From positions 310,001-374,000 of the forward strand of contig JBEWZL010000013.1 in NCBI GenBank assembly GCA_045837725.1: a stretch of 64,000 nucleotides of DNA, in the 5' to 3' direction. Below are positions 27,360 to 40,779 of this stretch, one piece after another. A program made the position numbers and the translations under genes. The DNA is from Vermamoeba vermiformis. Lineage: Eukaryota. Every line of letters begins with the position of its first letter. Position 1 is the first letter of the stretch. The notes under the pieces were generated by a model. It was not told the origin of the DNA, did not search any database, and saw only the letters and a program-made list of their open reading frames with translations.

Positions 27360-30296
27360 ATGCTCCCGAAGTTTGGACCTCTGCTCTTAGGAGCTTTATT
27401 GTCTATCGTTATTTGTTCAACTCAAGCAACGCTTGTGTTCAATGATCCAGCACTGGTAGCGGACAAGTTAAATGGCCAGGCTACGTACATCGGCCTCGTT
27501 CCATTCTATCCATTAGGTATGTGACCACTAGATATTTAAAATTTAATACGGCATTGATTCAATAATTTTGTAAATTCAATGGTGTAACGGTAATCGTAAA
27601 ACCCTAATTAAAAGCTTTGGCCTTTATACTTCGAGGATAATAACGATCGTTTATACCGCAGGTTTTGAGGGACCTTTCCCCGAATCGATAACAGCGGAAT
27701 TGGTGTCATCCAGCTTCGAAAACAAGACCGGCAAGATCGTCTTGATGCCGGCAGTATTACCGTACAGTACCTTTTTACCTGCCTTAGAAGAAGCGGGCGC
27801 AGTTGCATGTCTTGTGCAGAGTCTTTTGGGTGAGTAACCGCTAGTTATTTAAAAGATAGATGGTCGGAACTGCCATCCAACGGATGTCACTTGCTAAAAT
27901 GATAGAGTTGTTACGCAACATGCTTACTATGAATTTGAAACCAATTAAATCGAAGATATTGCAAATCACGATATGCAACAATAGAACAATTAATTAAGAG
28001 GATGGCCGACAATCATTGCGACAACAGTTTTACAGCTACGAGTTGATGATACAAAATTCATTATTTGAGTTTAGAATTTAAATTGAATTTAGGTGTCAGT
28101 CAAACTCGGTTTAATTTAAATTGTCAGGCGATCGACAAACAAAACCTCCTATTTTTGCTGTATTTGGCAATTGACACAACTAATACTCGCTTGCAGATGT
28201 ACCCGGCGTGGCTTCATTCCAAGGCAACAATTATGACTCGGCTGGCGTGACTCTGCCGACCTTGGAGGTTGCAGCAACAGTTTATAGCACTATCAACGGT
28301 GCTGTTGCAAGTGTTGGATCCACGAGCGTAACCATCTATTTCAATGGTAAGTACTCAATTAATTACATTCAATCATCGCGCATACACAATGCTTTACTGC
28401 CTAATCAAAGTCCTCCTTCGAAAGCGTTGCCCTCGATCGTCTGAGTTTTTTATCTTAAAGACCGCGGGAATCTAATTAACTTTGACGCAATTAATTAATT
28501 AATGTCAATCACTGCCCGGCTCAAGCGTTCCGAATTATCCTTAAAAATACAAATCTTAATTTTGTGTGGATTTAGCGCATACATTTCAATTCACAAGATT
28601 TGAGTTCGCAAATAGCGCTGAATCATGCGGTATATGTTTTGCCAACAAAAATATATTGTACTTAATCGCATGCCAATCAAAGCTAAGAAAGATTCTGCGG
28701 ATCTCGTAAATCCGTAAATTTCTTTCAAATCTTAGTACGAATTTTATTCTTCGTCTTTCACTAAATTTAGCTGTTCAATCGATTTACTTGAGGATTTAGT
28801 GAAGTGAGAATTACTCCGTCATACCAAACTGTCATACTAACCAAATCTATTTCCAACAGAAACCAACACCTGGTACGAGACCTATAATAATCCTGCCAAC
28901 ACATTCCCACCCCAATTGATCATTTTGGCCTTCTCTTTCACTATTATTGTGATCGCAGCTGTACAATTGGGCCGATTCATTTACAGAGATCGCACTCTCA
29001 GATTCAGAATTCCTCAAATCATTTTGCTCGTTGAAATTGCTGGTAATCTCGGTAAGTGTAGCAATAACGCGTATTCTTAGCGCAGAATTCTCGCGCCTGT
29101 TTGTAATGTTCCACCTTGTGTTTACCATGTTTGACACGTGTCACACAATTTAAATTATTCCTAACGTAACAATTAGCTAATGACGATTTGTATCATAGTG
29201 CGCATTGCCTACTTCATCAATTTGAGTGGAGTTCGTCATCTCTATGGTTATGTGGCCTATTTCTTCTTGTCTGCCTCGACCACTCCGTTCACCATCACTT
29301 CTGCGCTGTTGATTACGTTCTACTGGTGCGTATCTTTCATTGCCACGCCTTTAATTGACATTGTTCCGCCCTATATTGCCACCATATCGATCATTTGGCT
29401 CACTATTACGATTACACAGGCACGAGACTATGACTCGTTGTTCACTCGAACTGACAGCCACACTCGGCAAGACCAAAGTGCCCTTCATTGTGGCCATGGT
29501 GCTCAACTTTGTGTTGCTCTACGCCGTCACTGCCATTGCGCTGTTCTTCTCGACCATTCAAGTCATCATTCTCATCTACTACATTCTCTTGGCTGTCGCT
29601 GTCGCTATTTTCTATTTGGTGATCAGCTCTAAGGTCATTAAGGCTCTCAAGCGCATTCGTGAGAGCAGAAAGTTGTCAAAGCGTCAAAACAGACGATTGG
29701 ACCGCACTCAACAAGTAAGTGATGGGTTGGCACGTGTCAAACCAGGACTTCGTGCTTATCTTTTACTATTCTAGGCTACCTTCCGTATGATTGCTATTGG
29801 TGTGTTGTTGCTCGTCTTCACTGTTTTCACTGTTCTTGGTATTCTCGTTGTTGGTACTGCCGTGGCTCAAATCAGTTTCTTGCCCTCTGCGTACTGCATC
29901 ACCATGGCCATCTCACTCGTGCTCGTCTTGTCCTTTGACCCCAAGACCGTCTCTTCGTCCTCTACTGGCAGCTCTAATACTTCGTTCTCACGTGCCAACT
30001 CACAGCGCATGTCACGCACCAACTCACAAGTCAACTCGTCGTTCAAGAACGTTGAGGCTCGTGAAGTTAAGGCCGCTGAAGCTATTGATCCTAAGCAACT
30101 CGCTGAGAAGTTGGATGAAGTCAGAGAGAGCCCTGACTCATCGGCCTCGAGTTCTGAGAGCTCCGACGAACAGAGCGGATCCGGATCCGCTTCCGACAGC
30201 CCGTCATCAAAGCAGCAATTAAAGCAAGTACAGGCTGATGATGACGATGAAGAGTCCTCAGACGAAGGGTCAGACGTCGAGTCACAGTCAAATTAA
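27360..30296 (+). CDS. Signal-peptide-bearing protein with an extracellular PA-like domain and a probable 7TM (GPCR-like) region
   Basis: MLPKFGPLLLGALLSIVICSTQA signal peptide; KIVL...EEAGAVACLV...LPTLEV PA-like pattern; about seven hydrophobic helices, a basic loop before the last two, and a Ser/acidic C-tail. Confidence 0.65.
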
Positions 30297-30443
30297 GAGC
30301 CCAAAATCAAACATCCAAACCCAACCCAACCCCTTATTTAATTTGGCAGTCGCCAATTTTGTATTAAAGCCTTTTTTGAATAATCAATAAAGTGTAGTTT
30401 TAACGATAAGTGTTTATTTACAATATGTTACAGCTTCGTGCGT

Positions 30444-30798
30444 TCACTCTTTGTACAGCAAGTAAGTGTCGTAAAATTTCGGTTTGCCGTACTCTCGAAT
30501 GTCGTCATCTATGTTAACGGTTTAGTGTATTGAAGAATTAACTTAACTTGCACTTACGGTAATAGAATTTCTTTCTTTCGTCGTTTGGTCGGTGAGTCTT
30601 CTTCGTCCGCGAGTGATCTGGCTTGTTTCCCCACCAATTTAATCCTTGGTCGTTTAATGGATATGCTTTGTCATTTGCTTTCACGTCTCCTTTTGAAAAG
30701 GCCATAACATCCTTCGTTGTTCGAATCCGTTGTTTCTTGCGAAGTTCGCGCTTCAATCTGCTTTTAAGCTCGGCGACGCGTCCTGTACGGCCAGACAT
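30444..30798 (-). CDS. Small basic protein of unknown function (2 exons)
   Basis: MSGRTGRVAELKSRLKRELRKKQR...KKFYY/HDDIREYGKPKFYDTYLLYKE*, in frame across one GT-AG intron. Confidence 0.6.
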
Positions 30799-30940
30799 TG
30801 TTGTCTTTTGTGAGAGTGGTGTTGAGATAATGAGGACAAAATCTTGACGTGGTCTTTTTTAGGCTAATTCTTGTTGTTTTCTCAGACGGCGAAAAACTAT
30901 TTTTAATAAATCAAATGTGATTGTTAAATTAGGGAGATAT

Positions 30941-33224
30941 TTATAATCGTATATCAAACATTAATAGCACAATGCTGACAATATCAAACACAACAGCGAA
31001 TACAAAATATACAATTACAGCCCATCGCAAATGAAACAAAAACTTGTGCAGCGGCAGCGGAATGGTGCTGAATTGCTGTTGCTTGCGCGCACTGCCCAGC
31101 ATAATACCAATAAAGGCACCCAACGCTACAGAGTGCAAGTTAGTACCAAGCAGATCTGACACATCTAACTCGTTACGTACACAAATTGAGCGCCATTGAA
31201 GTCACTTTCTCCATAATAATCAAGAACGCGCGCGGATTGGTCACTGCAATCAACAAAATGATGCCAAAGAAGCCACAATAGAACAGCACCTGTTTCCAAA
31301 CTGTTTTGATATTACGCAGCGCAAACAACGCCTTGTCAAATCCATTGAGGTGCTGATCCGTCACTTGCTTGAAGTTCAGCGCCATGCTGCGAATAAAACC
31401 GTCGACTGTCGAGTCAGGTTAAAGAAAAAATATGGTAAAAATTAAGTCGCTAGACGTGGGTCTGATCTACAATGTTAAAAGGATACGCACATGCTTCAAA
31501 CCAGTGCCCATAGTGATGAAACTGCATCGCGTGTTAATATAGGGCATCGACACTCGAAACATCGTACCTGACAGTGATTGACACCATGACAAACACGTTC
31601 ACTATATAGGCAATCCATGTGTATTGAGGATACCCGCCGCGAATGATTTCAATCAGCGGCACCGTGGAGATTTGACCCAGCAACTCCGCTCTAAGATAGA
31701 CATTAATTTCAAGTTAAATATAACTCATGATGGTTGGTACCTGTGCAATGAAATCTCGTCGCCAGGAGCGTCTTGCGGCACACTCTTGAGGATGTAATAG
31801 CACCACAACACGTTCAACAGCCACACGAACACGAGGCCTGACACGGCTGCAATGCACAACTTGAGCATGTCACTGCGCTTCATTTGTGCCTTGGCGAACA
31901 CCACCGGCAAGACATTCGCAGCACCGCCGAGGGCGACAGTGCCGAGCAAGAACGGTCGTCCCACGTGTGCCCAGTTGTTGATGATTGGCTCGTTGATGTT
32001 GGCGGCAATCACTGCGGTCACAATCACCATCAACACGAGCAGCGAGCCCTTGGCAAATGTCATGATCGAGATGATGGGCTGAATGATCAGGCCCGCAAAG
32101 ATAATGACCACCGTGCAGATGATGCCGAAGGGTACAATCAGGTACTCGTAGTTCACGCCCATCAACTGCGCATAGGCCTGTGAGCCTGCAAGATTGTAGC
32201 TGACGAGAATGGAAATGCTAACAACAGATCAGTGAGCACGAGGGGAGTCAAGACAGTGTGGTACGTACAAGTGCAGCACGACACTGAGATCAAAAATAAT
32301 ACGCAGCGAGGTGTGCAAGAACGTCTTGCCCAAGAAGTGCAAGTCCGCGTCATTGTGCGGCAATTCTTTTTGCGCCTCTTTGACCACCACGGGCATGATG
32401 TCGTGCTCGCCAAGTGTCAACGTGTCATTCTCCGTGTCATCGCGCAACTCATCAGCGAGTGACACGACGTCGTCTTCAGTGTCCGTGAAGTCCATGTCCT
32501 TGAGTGCCTCGGTGTGCGAGTCAATGCGCTGCAACGATATTAATATTGATTGTATTGGTGGAATATTGTGTGCATCAAATGAGATCTAAAACGTCAAATG
32601 TACCTCTTGAACGTGTTGTAATTCTGTCTCGACTTTTCCTCGTTGTAACAATTCAATCATATAAATAATAATCAACGCCTATAATTCGTAATTCATTAGT
32701 CGACAGATCTGGAGATTAACGCGAGCAATTAAAATTTATTATTGCCGTACCTGCATAAAAAATCCGATGGCGTAACTGAATAAAAACGGCGTGAAACCAC
32801 TTTCAGCTGATTTGACTGGCAGACCCAAAATTCCTGTGCCCTGCAATGGAAATTAAAAATTATGTCGATCCAGGTGCAGCACTTTCGAAAGACAGGGATC
32901 TCGATCGTTCCATATTAATAAAATAAATAACATTATTCTCTATGCGTACACTAACGCGGAAATTGGAAACAATTACTATTATTCAAATAAAATTTTGCGA
33001 TCCCGCTCTAAAATTATCGAGGTCGATATTATTGAGGTATATAGATCTATATCATATATAGTATAATTATTAGTATTACGTACTAATACACTGGCAATGA
33101 CCAGAAAAAATGCGTGAAAGTAAACTACAACCGGAGTCTTCTGCTCTGACTCTATTTGCACGGTGTCCCATTCAGGATCATCTCCATCATTAAATAGCCT
33201 ATCATTTTGCGGCGAATAACTCAT
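30941..33224 (-). CDS. Amino acid transporter (APC superfamily; Aa_trans/Trp-Tyr permease-like)
   Basis: FFLVIASVLGTGILGLPVK first helix, about 11 hydrophobic segments, SISYALAGSQAY-like segment, acidic loop insert. Confidence 0.8.
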
Positions 33225-33361
33225 TTCTATTGCATGTGCTCTGTTCGTTGCCGAATCTGGAAATTAAAAAAAGAGAAAAAGCTTTGTGCATTCAGTTTGT
33301 GGCTGTTTGCATCACAAGCCTGTTCTAAGCACCACAGTCCATAAGAGCATTGATTAATATT

Positions 33362-35364
33362 ATGGATTTACTTGCACAATATGCGGACAGCGACGATGAG
33401 AAGAACGATCAGCCGCAAGCTGGTGGCGATGGTCTTCTATCGAAATTGAAGATGTCGATTAATGCTGCGCCAGTAGTTAAGGATGATATAGTGGTATGTA
33501 TTATTATTGAAGCGATTTCGCGAGGAATTATTAATAATTATCAAAAATTCAAAATAATATTTTTAAAAAATCCAATAAGCCTTAATATTACTCTAATAGT
33601 GATTAATCATTCAACTAAATATTAACACATCATAATATAGCCTCACGGTGATTATTTGAATCCAAACAAACATATGGTCTATTACAATCCCAAAGTTGAC
33701 GAAATGTATGCACCTTTGAAGGTAAGTCTACGATCAATCGAATATAAATAATATGCACACAATTTGCACGATGCTTATACAAGTAAATAGGGTCCAGAAG
33801 TTCCATATGCTAGTTTGCCGATCGGTGTAGCTTCCACGAAGAACACGTTGACTGGTTACGTGCAAGACGATCACGTGAATGACTTCGACTTCCGACTGCA
33901 GTACAACGAGTTCACTAGACGCGGTGTCGCTGCTGATCCAACTCAAGCTGCGGGCACCTATGTTGTCAGTCCATTCGCCAGTCAAGCAGGTAAGCACGCC
34001 GCGTGTCTTGCAATCATCTTTAGAGCACTCGTTAATGTCACTGATTAGCGCCTGAAAAGAAGAAGAAAAAGAAGAAAGGAGAGCGCAAACCAGAGTCAGA
34101 TCCAGGCAATGTGGACAGCTTTAGAGGCACGTGGGGCATGCCGTCAGAGATCGAACCTCCTGCCCAGGGCACACTCGAAGGCGAGGGCGATGAAGGTGAA
34201 GGTGAACCAGTCGAAGAGGGCGCTGAAGGACCTCGCCCTGAAGTTGCAGACAAAGTGGTGCAGATGGAAGAAGAAGAAGGACCAGAAGAGCAAGGTGAGG
34301 GTGAAGAGGGTGAGAGCCGACAGCGCAAGTACCCTGAAGCCTCGTCACAGCTGCACATTGAAGAGGAGATGGACTACATGGGCCGCACATGGGTCGATGC
34401 CCCGTCGCACTTGAAGCCTTGGGACGGCCGTAGCGTGTCAACAGTGAAGTGTTTCTTGCCCAAGAAGCGCATCCACACGTGGTCTGGACATGCCAAGGGT
34501 GTGTCATCAATCCGCTTCTTCCCTGGCTACGGTCACTTGTTGCTCTCGTCCTCCATGGACTCCACGGTCAAGATCTGGGAAGTGTACAACAAGCGACGAT
34601 GTGTGCAGACCTATCAAGGCCACAGCAAGGCCGTGCGTGAAGTGCAGTTCTCGAGCGATGGTCGTCAGTTCTTGTCGGCCAGTTACGATCGATTGGTGCG
34701 ACTGTGGGACACAGAGACTGGCAAAGTGTTGGGCACTTATTCCACGGGCAAAACACCGTACTGCGTCAAGTTCCATCCAACACGACCGAATTTGTTCTTG
34801 GTCGGTCAACAAGACAAGAAGATTATTGAGTGGAACACAGAGACCAACAAGATCATTCAGACTTACGACCGTCACTTGGGTGCTGTGAACACCATCACAT
34901 TTTTGGACGACGGCAGACGATTTGTGTCGACAGCTGACGACAAGTCCATTCGTATTTGGGACCACGGCATTCCCGTTGATTCCAAGTACATTGCCGAGCC
35001 ACACATGCACTCCATGCCCGCAGCCACTCTGCACCCGAACGGCAAGTGGTTCTTGGCGCAGTCACTCGACAATCAGATCGTTGTGTACAGCGCCAAAGAT
35101 CGCTTCAAAGCCAACAGAAAGAAACGCTTCACTGGCCATTTGAGCGCTGGTTACGCGTGTCAAGTGTCAGTGTCACCTGATGGCAAGTACGTCATGTCAG
35201 GTGACAGCATTGGACAGGTCTGGTTCTGGAGCTGGAAGAACGCGAAAGTATTCAAACGACTGGCCTGTCACAAGGGCGTGGCTATTGGCTGCGAATGGCA
35301 CCCGACTGAGCCCTCGAAGATTGCTACGTGTGGCTGGGACGGTACGATCAAGTACTGGGATTAA
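33362..35364 (+). CDS. CDC40: Pre-mRNA processing factor 17 (WD40)
   Basis: [47 protein letters not shown] repeats ending [13 protein letters not shown]. Confidence 0.95.
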
Positions 35365-35502
35365 AAACTCTTTTTTTGTTCAATAATTCCTTCAACGAAA
35401 TAAAAATTGTAAAATAATCCTCCGTGCTATGCAACAGTATTTACTATTTACAAGGTGACATTCGCTGAAATGACGCGCTACAATCCATTCGCGTGACAGA
35501 TC

Positions 35503-36948
35503 TTACTTGCCGAATCGTTGTTCGCACTTGGCGTACTTGCTGAGCGCGTTGTAATACGAGTGGAAGTTGAACCACTTGATGTCACCCACATACAAAATCT
35601 CAGCGTAGCGCAAGTGCCAGGGCATGAATCCGCTCATGACTTCGTGGTGGTCAAACTTCATGATGAAGTCAGGCAACGGCCAGCACATGTCATCGCGTGC
35701 TGTGCAAAGTGTCAGTGATTTAATTCAGCCCATTTGCAATGAATTTGATACGTACTCATCAGTGCACGGTGAAGGGCACCAGGAGTGAATGATTTTTGTT
35801 CGTTTTGCTGTGCCAACATCTTTGTCAACTGCACGATGCGTGCACGACCATCGGACCAATCAGCTGTTGCCACGTAGAAGTCGTGCTGGTGCGGCGTATC
35901 ACCGCGGTCCATGTCTGCGTCCACGAGTTTGACATACGGACTGTTGGGCTGTGCAGTGTTGTTGGTCACGTGCTTCACAGTGTTCTCTGCAACAATCACG
36001 TGCTCGCTGCGCAGTTCTTTGGCCTGACGACACTCGCTGATCGGCTCAGCTTCACATGCCACTTCGTTCGAGGTCTTAGTTTGACACTCTTGACAGCTGT
36101 CACAAGTAAATGTTAGTCTCAAAGAACTCTGTTCATGGATCATTATCACGTACGTGTTGCACGGGGCAGTAGTGTGACGTCCCGCATCGTCTAATTGTGC
36201 TTGTGCTTCAGAATCAAATGGATCTTGATCGGGATCCACTTCGTCATCTTTTTTGCCACGGCGTTTAATACCGTTGTTATTAATATTATGCTTCTTAGTG
36301 CTATTTGCCTCACTGTGCATATTGGCGCCGTTCATTGAATTCGAATCTTTGGCTGTTTCTTGCAATGGATTTGTGCAGTTCGGAGCCGAGTTGAGCTCAC
36401 TGGACTCGATAATAGGCGATTTTTGGAACTTAATGTTATAATAGGCATTCATCTCGTCAAAATAAAACTTGCTCTCCAGATCCACGGCAACATTCAATTT
36501 TTCTTGGTTAGCTTTCAAAATCCCTGCATAATTAGATCGTATTAGTATTAAAGAATATATTGATTATTATTTTAATAGGAAATTCGTTGGCCAGTAATCG
36601 GAGTTAATAAATTAGTGATAGTTCAATAATTTTCGTTAGAATATAATTTAAAATCTTACCTTGACCATCAAATATGGTAAGAAAATGAATGCCTAGGGCA
36701 GCTGACCAACAAATAATTCTCGCTAATTTTTTGTAATCGATCTGACTCGAATCTAAAATGAATCCCATGTGCTTCGGTATCTTTTGGAAGTGCTTCGTCT
36801 TATTCTTCAATTCTACAGGTCCAGGTTCTGTATAATACATTCCCATCGTGATTTCGACCAAGATCTTCCAACAGAGTCCAATCCGGTACCTGATCTCCAG
36901 GGCAAGGTGGATGCACCAGAATATGACTTGGATGAACCAATCGAACAT
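35503..36948 (-). CDS. NUS1: Dehydrodolichyl diphosphate synthase subunit NUS1/NgBR
   Basis: N-terminal hydrophobic segment, KIPKHMGFI, WSAALGIHFLTIFDGQG, DGRARIV, PDF...SGFMPWHLRYAEI, C-terminal EQRFGK (RxG). Confidence 0.88.
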
Positions 36949-37103
36949 GTCGGATACTTTAAAGGTCGTTGTGATGTTATTCCGACATTTGTAAATAAAA
37001 CTTAAAAAGTGCTGACGCGTCAATTTTAAACACTCGAGCGGAATGAAGTTTATTTACAATATGTAATGGTTAATAATTTCATATAGAAGGTAGGTGATTA
37101 ATG

Positions 37104-38082
37104 TTATTTGAACGCAGCAATGTTCTCGTGGATGAATTCTTTCAGGGATTTGCCTTTAGATCCAGTCAGCTTCTCCAAGTCCTCGTACTGCACGTTGTAA
37201 TAACCACTTCTGAAGTACCAAAACAAATTTGAATAGGCATCGACAGCTTCTTGATTGGGCAAAAACGTGGCCGCGATCTTGCGCAATGTCTCGTCGTCCA
37301 TGGGCTGATAAGTGACCGTCTCACCGAGCTCTGCGCTGAACAATTCTGCGACTTGGTGCATGGTCAGTGTATCGGGCCCAGTCAAATAATAGTCTTTGTT
37401 TTCATGGCCTGGTGTCGTCAAGGCAACCACAGCGGCAGCGGCGATGTCACCAGGGTAAATGAAGTTCAATTTTGCCTCGCCGACTGCTTTGTAGATCTTC
37501 TTATCGTTCTTAATGGCTTCAGTGTCTTGCAGCAAGAAATTCGAATAGAACAACGCAGGACGAAGAGAGGTGACTGCCACGCCCGCTTCTTTCAACAGCT
37601 CTTCAGCTACGACGTGTTCGTTGCCCCAAATAAATATGTCTCTATTCTCACTACCGAGTGATGCGAGCTTGACGATGTGTTTCACGCCGCTCCCTGATAA
37701 TGTCGTTAGCAAGGGTTAGAAAGTAGCGCTTCGCTTAATGTCACGTACTTTTTGCGGCGACAGCAACATTCTTTGTGGCAGCCAAAGCTTGACCTAATAT
37801 TCATTTGTTAGCGTCAATGTCATACAATAGGATGCAATGTTGCGTACCAGGTGGTAATCCTAAGAAAGCTTTCTCGATGCCTTTCAAAGCCGCATCCAAG
37901 GAGTCCTGATCGTAAAAGTCGACTAATACTGGCTCGACGAGATCTCCGTACTTCTTCTTGAGTTCCTCAGCCTTGGTAGTGTCTCGTGCCGCAGCTTTGA
38001 AGTGAATTCCTTTTTTGGCAAGCTGATCTGCAACGTGCGATCCGATTGAACCAGTTGGAACGAAGACGAAAATGTTGCTCAT
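37104..38082 (-). CDS. NmrA-like atypical SDR, NAD(P)-binding protein
   Basis: IFVFVPTGSIGSHV Rossmann loop, GVKHIVKLAS, SLRPALFYSN, FIYPGDIAAAAV..LT, YYLTGP. Confidence 0.85.
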
Positions 38083-38373
38083 TGTTAGGTATGTGTTGTT
38101 GAATTTGTAGTAATTTCGATATGATTGTCCTGCGATGGTCGCCTATTTATGTCGGACAAACGGATACCGCCGCTCGGATTGTGAATTGACCGAGCCGAAA
38201 TTTCGCTGGGTCGCTTGGACATAAATAATACATCGCCAATATTCAAGCATAAAATCAATTCCATATAGGCTCAAATTGTAATGGTGTCAGATAATAAGAA
38301 AATATTTATTATCGTGGACTGGTTACCTTTCTACAATCGTCGATGCTATATACATACCAAAAATATTGGTGCA

Positions 38374-39707
38374 TTAGAGCTTGCTCTTAAATTCAGGTGT
38401 TTTGCGCATCATAAATGCAGTGCCTGCCTCGATCAGATCGGGACTTTGCAAAAACGCAGCTAAAAAATCATATTTCATATGAGTAACCCGCATCAATGCT
38501 ACACGCAACTATAATATATAAATTTGTATCATTATGTTACTTACAATTCCACATTGCAACGTGTTCTAAGCCCTCTTCAATAGTGTGGTCCTCAGCGTAC
38601 TGCAACACTTTTTTGCTTGCTTGCACAACGAGTGGCGAATTAGCAGCAATGCGCTGTGTATGCGAGTGGTGAGTACGATAAAGTAACGCGTATTATATCT
38701 ATTTAGTCGCTATTATAGCCGTGCTTACCTTGCACAAACTACGTGCCGCAGTCAAGAGCTGTTCTTGCGTGTCATACAACTACAAAGGTCAGATTAATAA
38801 ACAACATCGCTATTGAGATATTATACGCGTCGTATTCGCTATTTGTGCTATTAAGACATGCACTTACTCGGTTCACAAGGCCCCATTTGAGTGCCTCTTC
38901 TGCATTGATAGGCTCGCCTGTAAAAGTCTAAAAATCGACATTAGAATAATACGTGATATAAGAGTGCCTAGTGTATTATATCTTTACCATCTCTCGCACG
39001 ATACCCTTCGGCACAATGCGACCAATGCGTTGCAAAGTACCCAAATCTGCAACGATCGCGATCTGAGTTTCTTTGATGGAGAATTCAACGTCTTTCGTAG
39101 CCAATCTAATATCTGCAGCAGTAATCAAATCTACACCACCACCAATGCACTCTAAACAAATCACAATTAATAAACATCAAATCTAGATTTGACACTTGCT
39201 GTTATGTATCGCTGCAACCACGGGTTTAAGCGTCTTCTCCAGTGCGGTGAATGACTCTTGCCATCTCTTAATCAGCTTGTAAAGTTTAAGGCTCGCATCT
39301 GCACGAGAAGGTGCGCTATCTGCTTGATGCATAAGTCAAGCCCGTGTCAAATATTGTTGATTGACATACCATCACTAAAAATAGTCGTAGCCCATTTCAT
39401 ATCCAAGCCTGCTGTAAACACCTTTCCTTCCGCACGAACCAAGATGACGCGAACCTCGGGATCTTGATCAAGTTTTTTTACCGCATTGTGAAATTCTGCA
39501 ATATTATTTTTAAAAATTAGTATGATAATTAAACAAAATTATGGCACGGTTAAATATGAATTCGAAGCAGTAATTCATTTTAAAAAAAAGTTTGGTAAAA
39601 ACTGCCTTACCAGTGAAAAAGGAGTCATCCATGACATTAAGCTTCGTTGGGCGGCTTAATATCAACTCGCCAACTCTATCTAAAATTTCCGTTCGTACGT
39701 AGGCCAT
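38374..39707 (-). CDS. ECH1: Peroxisomal delta(3,5)-delta(2,4)-dienoyl-CoA isomerase / enoyl-CoA hydratase family
   Basis: LSRPTKLNVM, FTAGLDM, KPVVAAIHNKCIGGGVDLITAADIR, ADLGTLQR, SPLVVQASK; ends in the PTS1 signal -SKL. Confidence 0.88.
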
Positions 39708-39950
39708 TATGTGTGTTATACTTGTACTAAGTTTACAATTAACGGATGGAAAATTTGATTGCGTTCCAAAACTGGCCGCGTGTCACGTGTCAATGATTGG
39801 AAGGCTATAAAATCTACTATAATATGATTAGTTTGGCCATAGTGCGGTATCTTTCTGATTCGCTTTCATAAACTCTAGGTGCTTCTTAGTTCAGGAACTC
39901 TCCAAAATAGTACGGAATTATCTTTTCTGTCACTTTATTAACATAAATAA

Positions 39951-40748
39951 ATGAGACGGAACGCTGCCCGTTTGGACCTATTATTTAATTACCTTGGTGT
40001 CCGTGATGAAAAGACTGGCCAGTTTGTCCTTGAAAGATCCTTCTTTTTGGGCAATTCAGGCTACTTCCTGCTTAGTACTGAGGCACACGCTATTTTTTTA
40101 AGGAATGGCAAGTCTTGCTTAGAGTAAGTGAGGTTTTTTTAACGAGGATCCAATTTATTTACTAAAAATAAATAGAAAATTGCAAAAAAGAGGCTGGTTT
40201 CGACTTGACTTGCAAGTTAAGGACCCCGATGTGGCCAGCGAGTTGCACGCCAACAAATTCCTGCTATTTTACGACAAGAATGAGCTGGTTAAGCCACATA
40301 ATGAGACAAATTTTCTCAAAGGGTGGAAAAAAGGTAATAGCTTCAACTACTTTGTTGTACAAAATTGATAGGTTATTCAACAGCGAAGAACCCACTGTCA
40401 AGAGAGGAAAATGCAAAGCTAAACATAGAACTTCAACAAAATATTGACGAAAATGTTTTGAACGAGATCCTCGACAAAATTCATCACTGGCGGGAAGAAG
40501 GAGCGCAGTACTTTGGGCTACCAGAAGACTGGAATTCAAGCCCACTCAAACCAGTCAAAGAAAAGCAGATCCTTCTGGTGCCCGAGGTTTTGAGGGCGCA
40601 CAGAAGAGCCGCCGCCAAAACAAAGGCGAAACAGCAGCCAAGCCAATTGCAGACCAATGAACAGTTTGAAGCAATAGAATTGGAGAATCTGCCTGAAGTT
40701 ATTCAAGACAAGGAATATGATTTCAATGCAGATCTACCTTGGTGCTAA
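39951..40748 (+). CDS. Hypothetical protein (3 exons)
   Basis: ATG at 39951; exons linked by GT-AG introns through ORFs 40180-40368 and 40365-40748; no family recognised. Confidence 0.55.
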
Positions 40749-40779
40749 CAAGTAAAGTTTATTTAGATTAATACAACTA

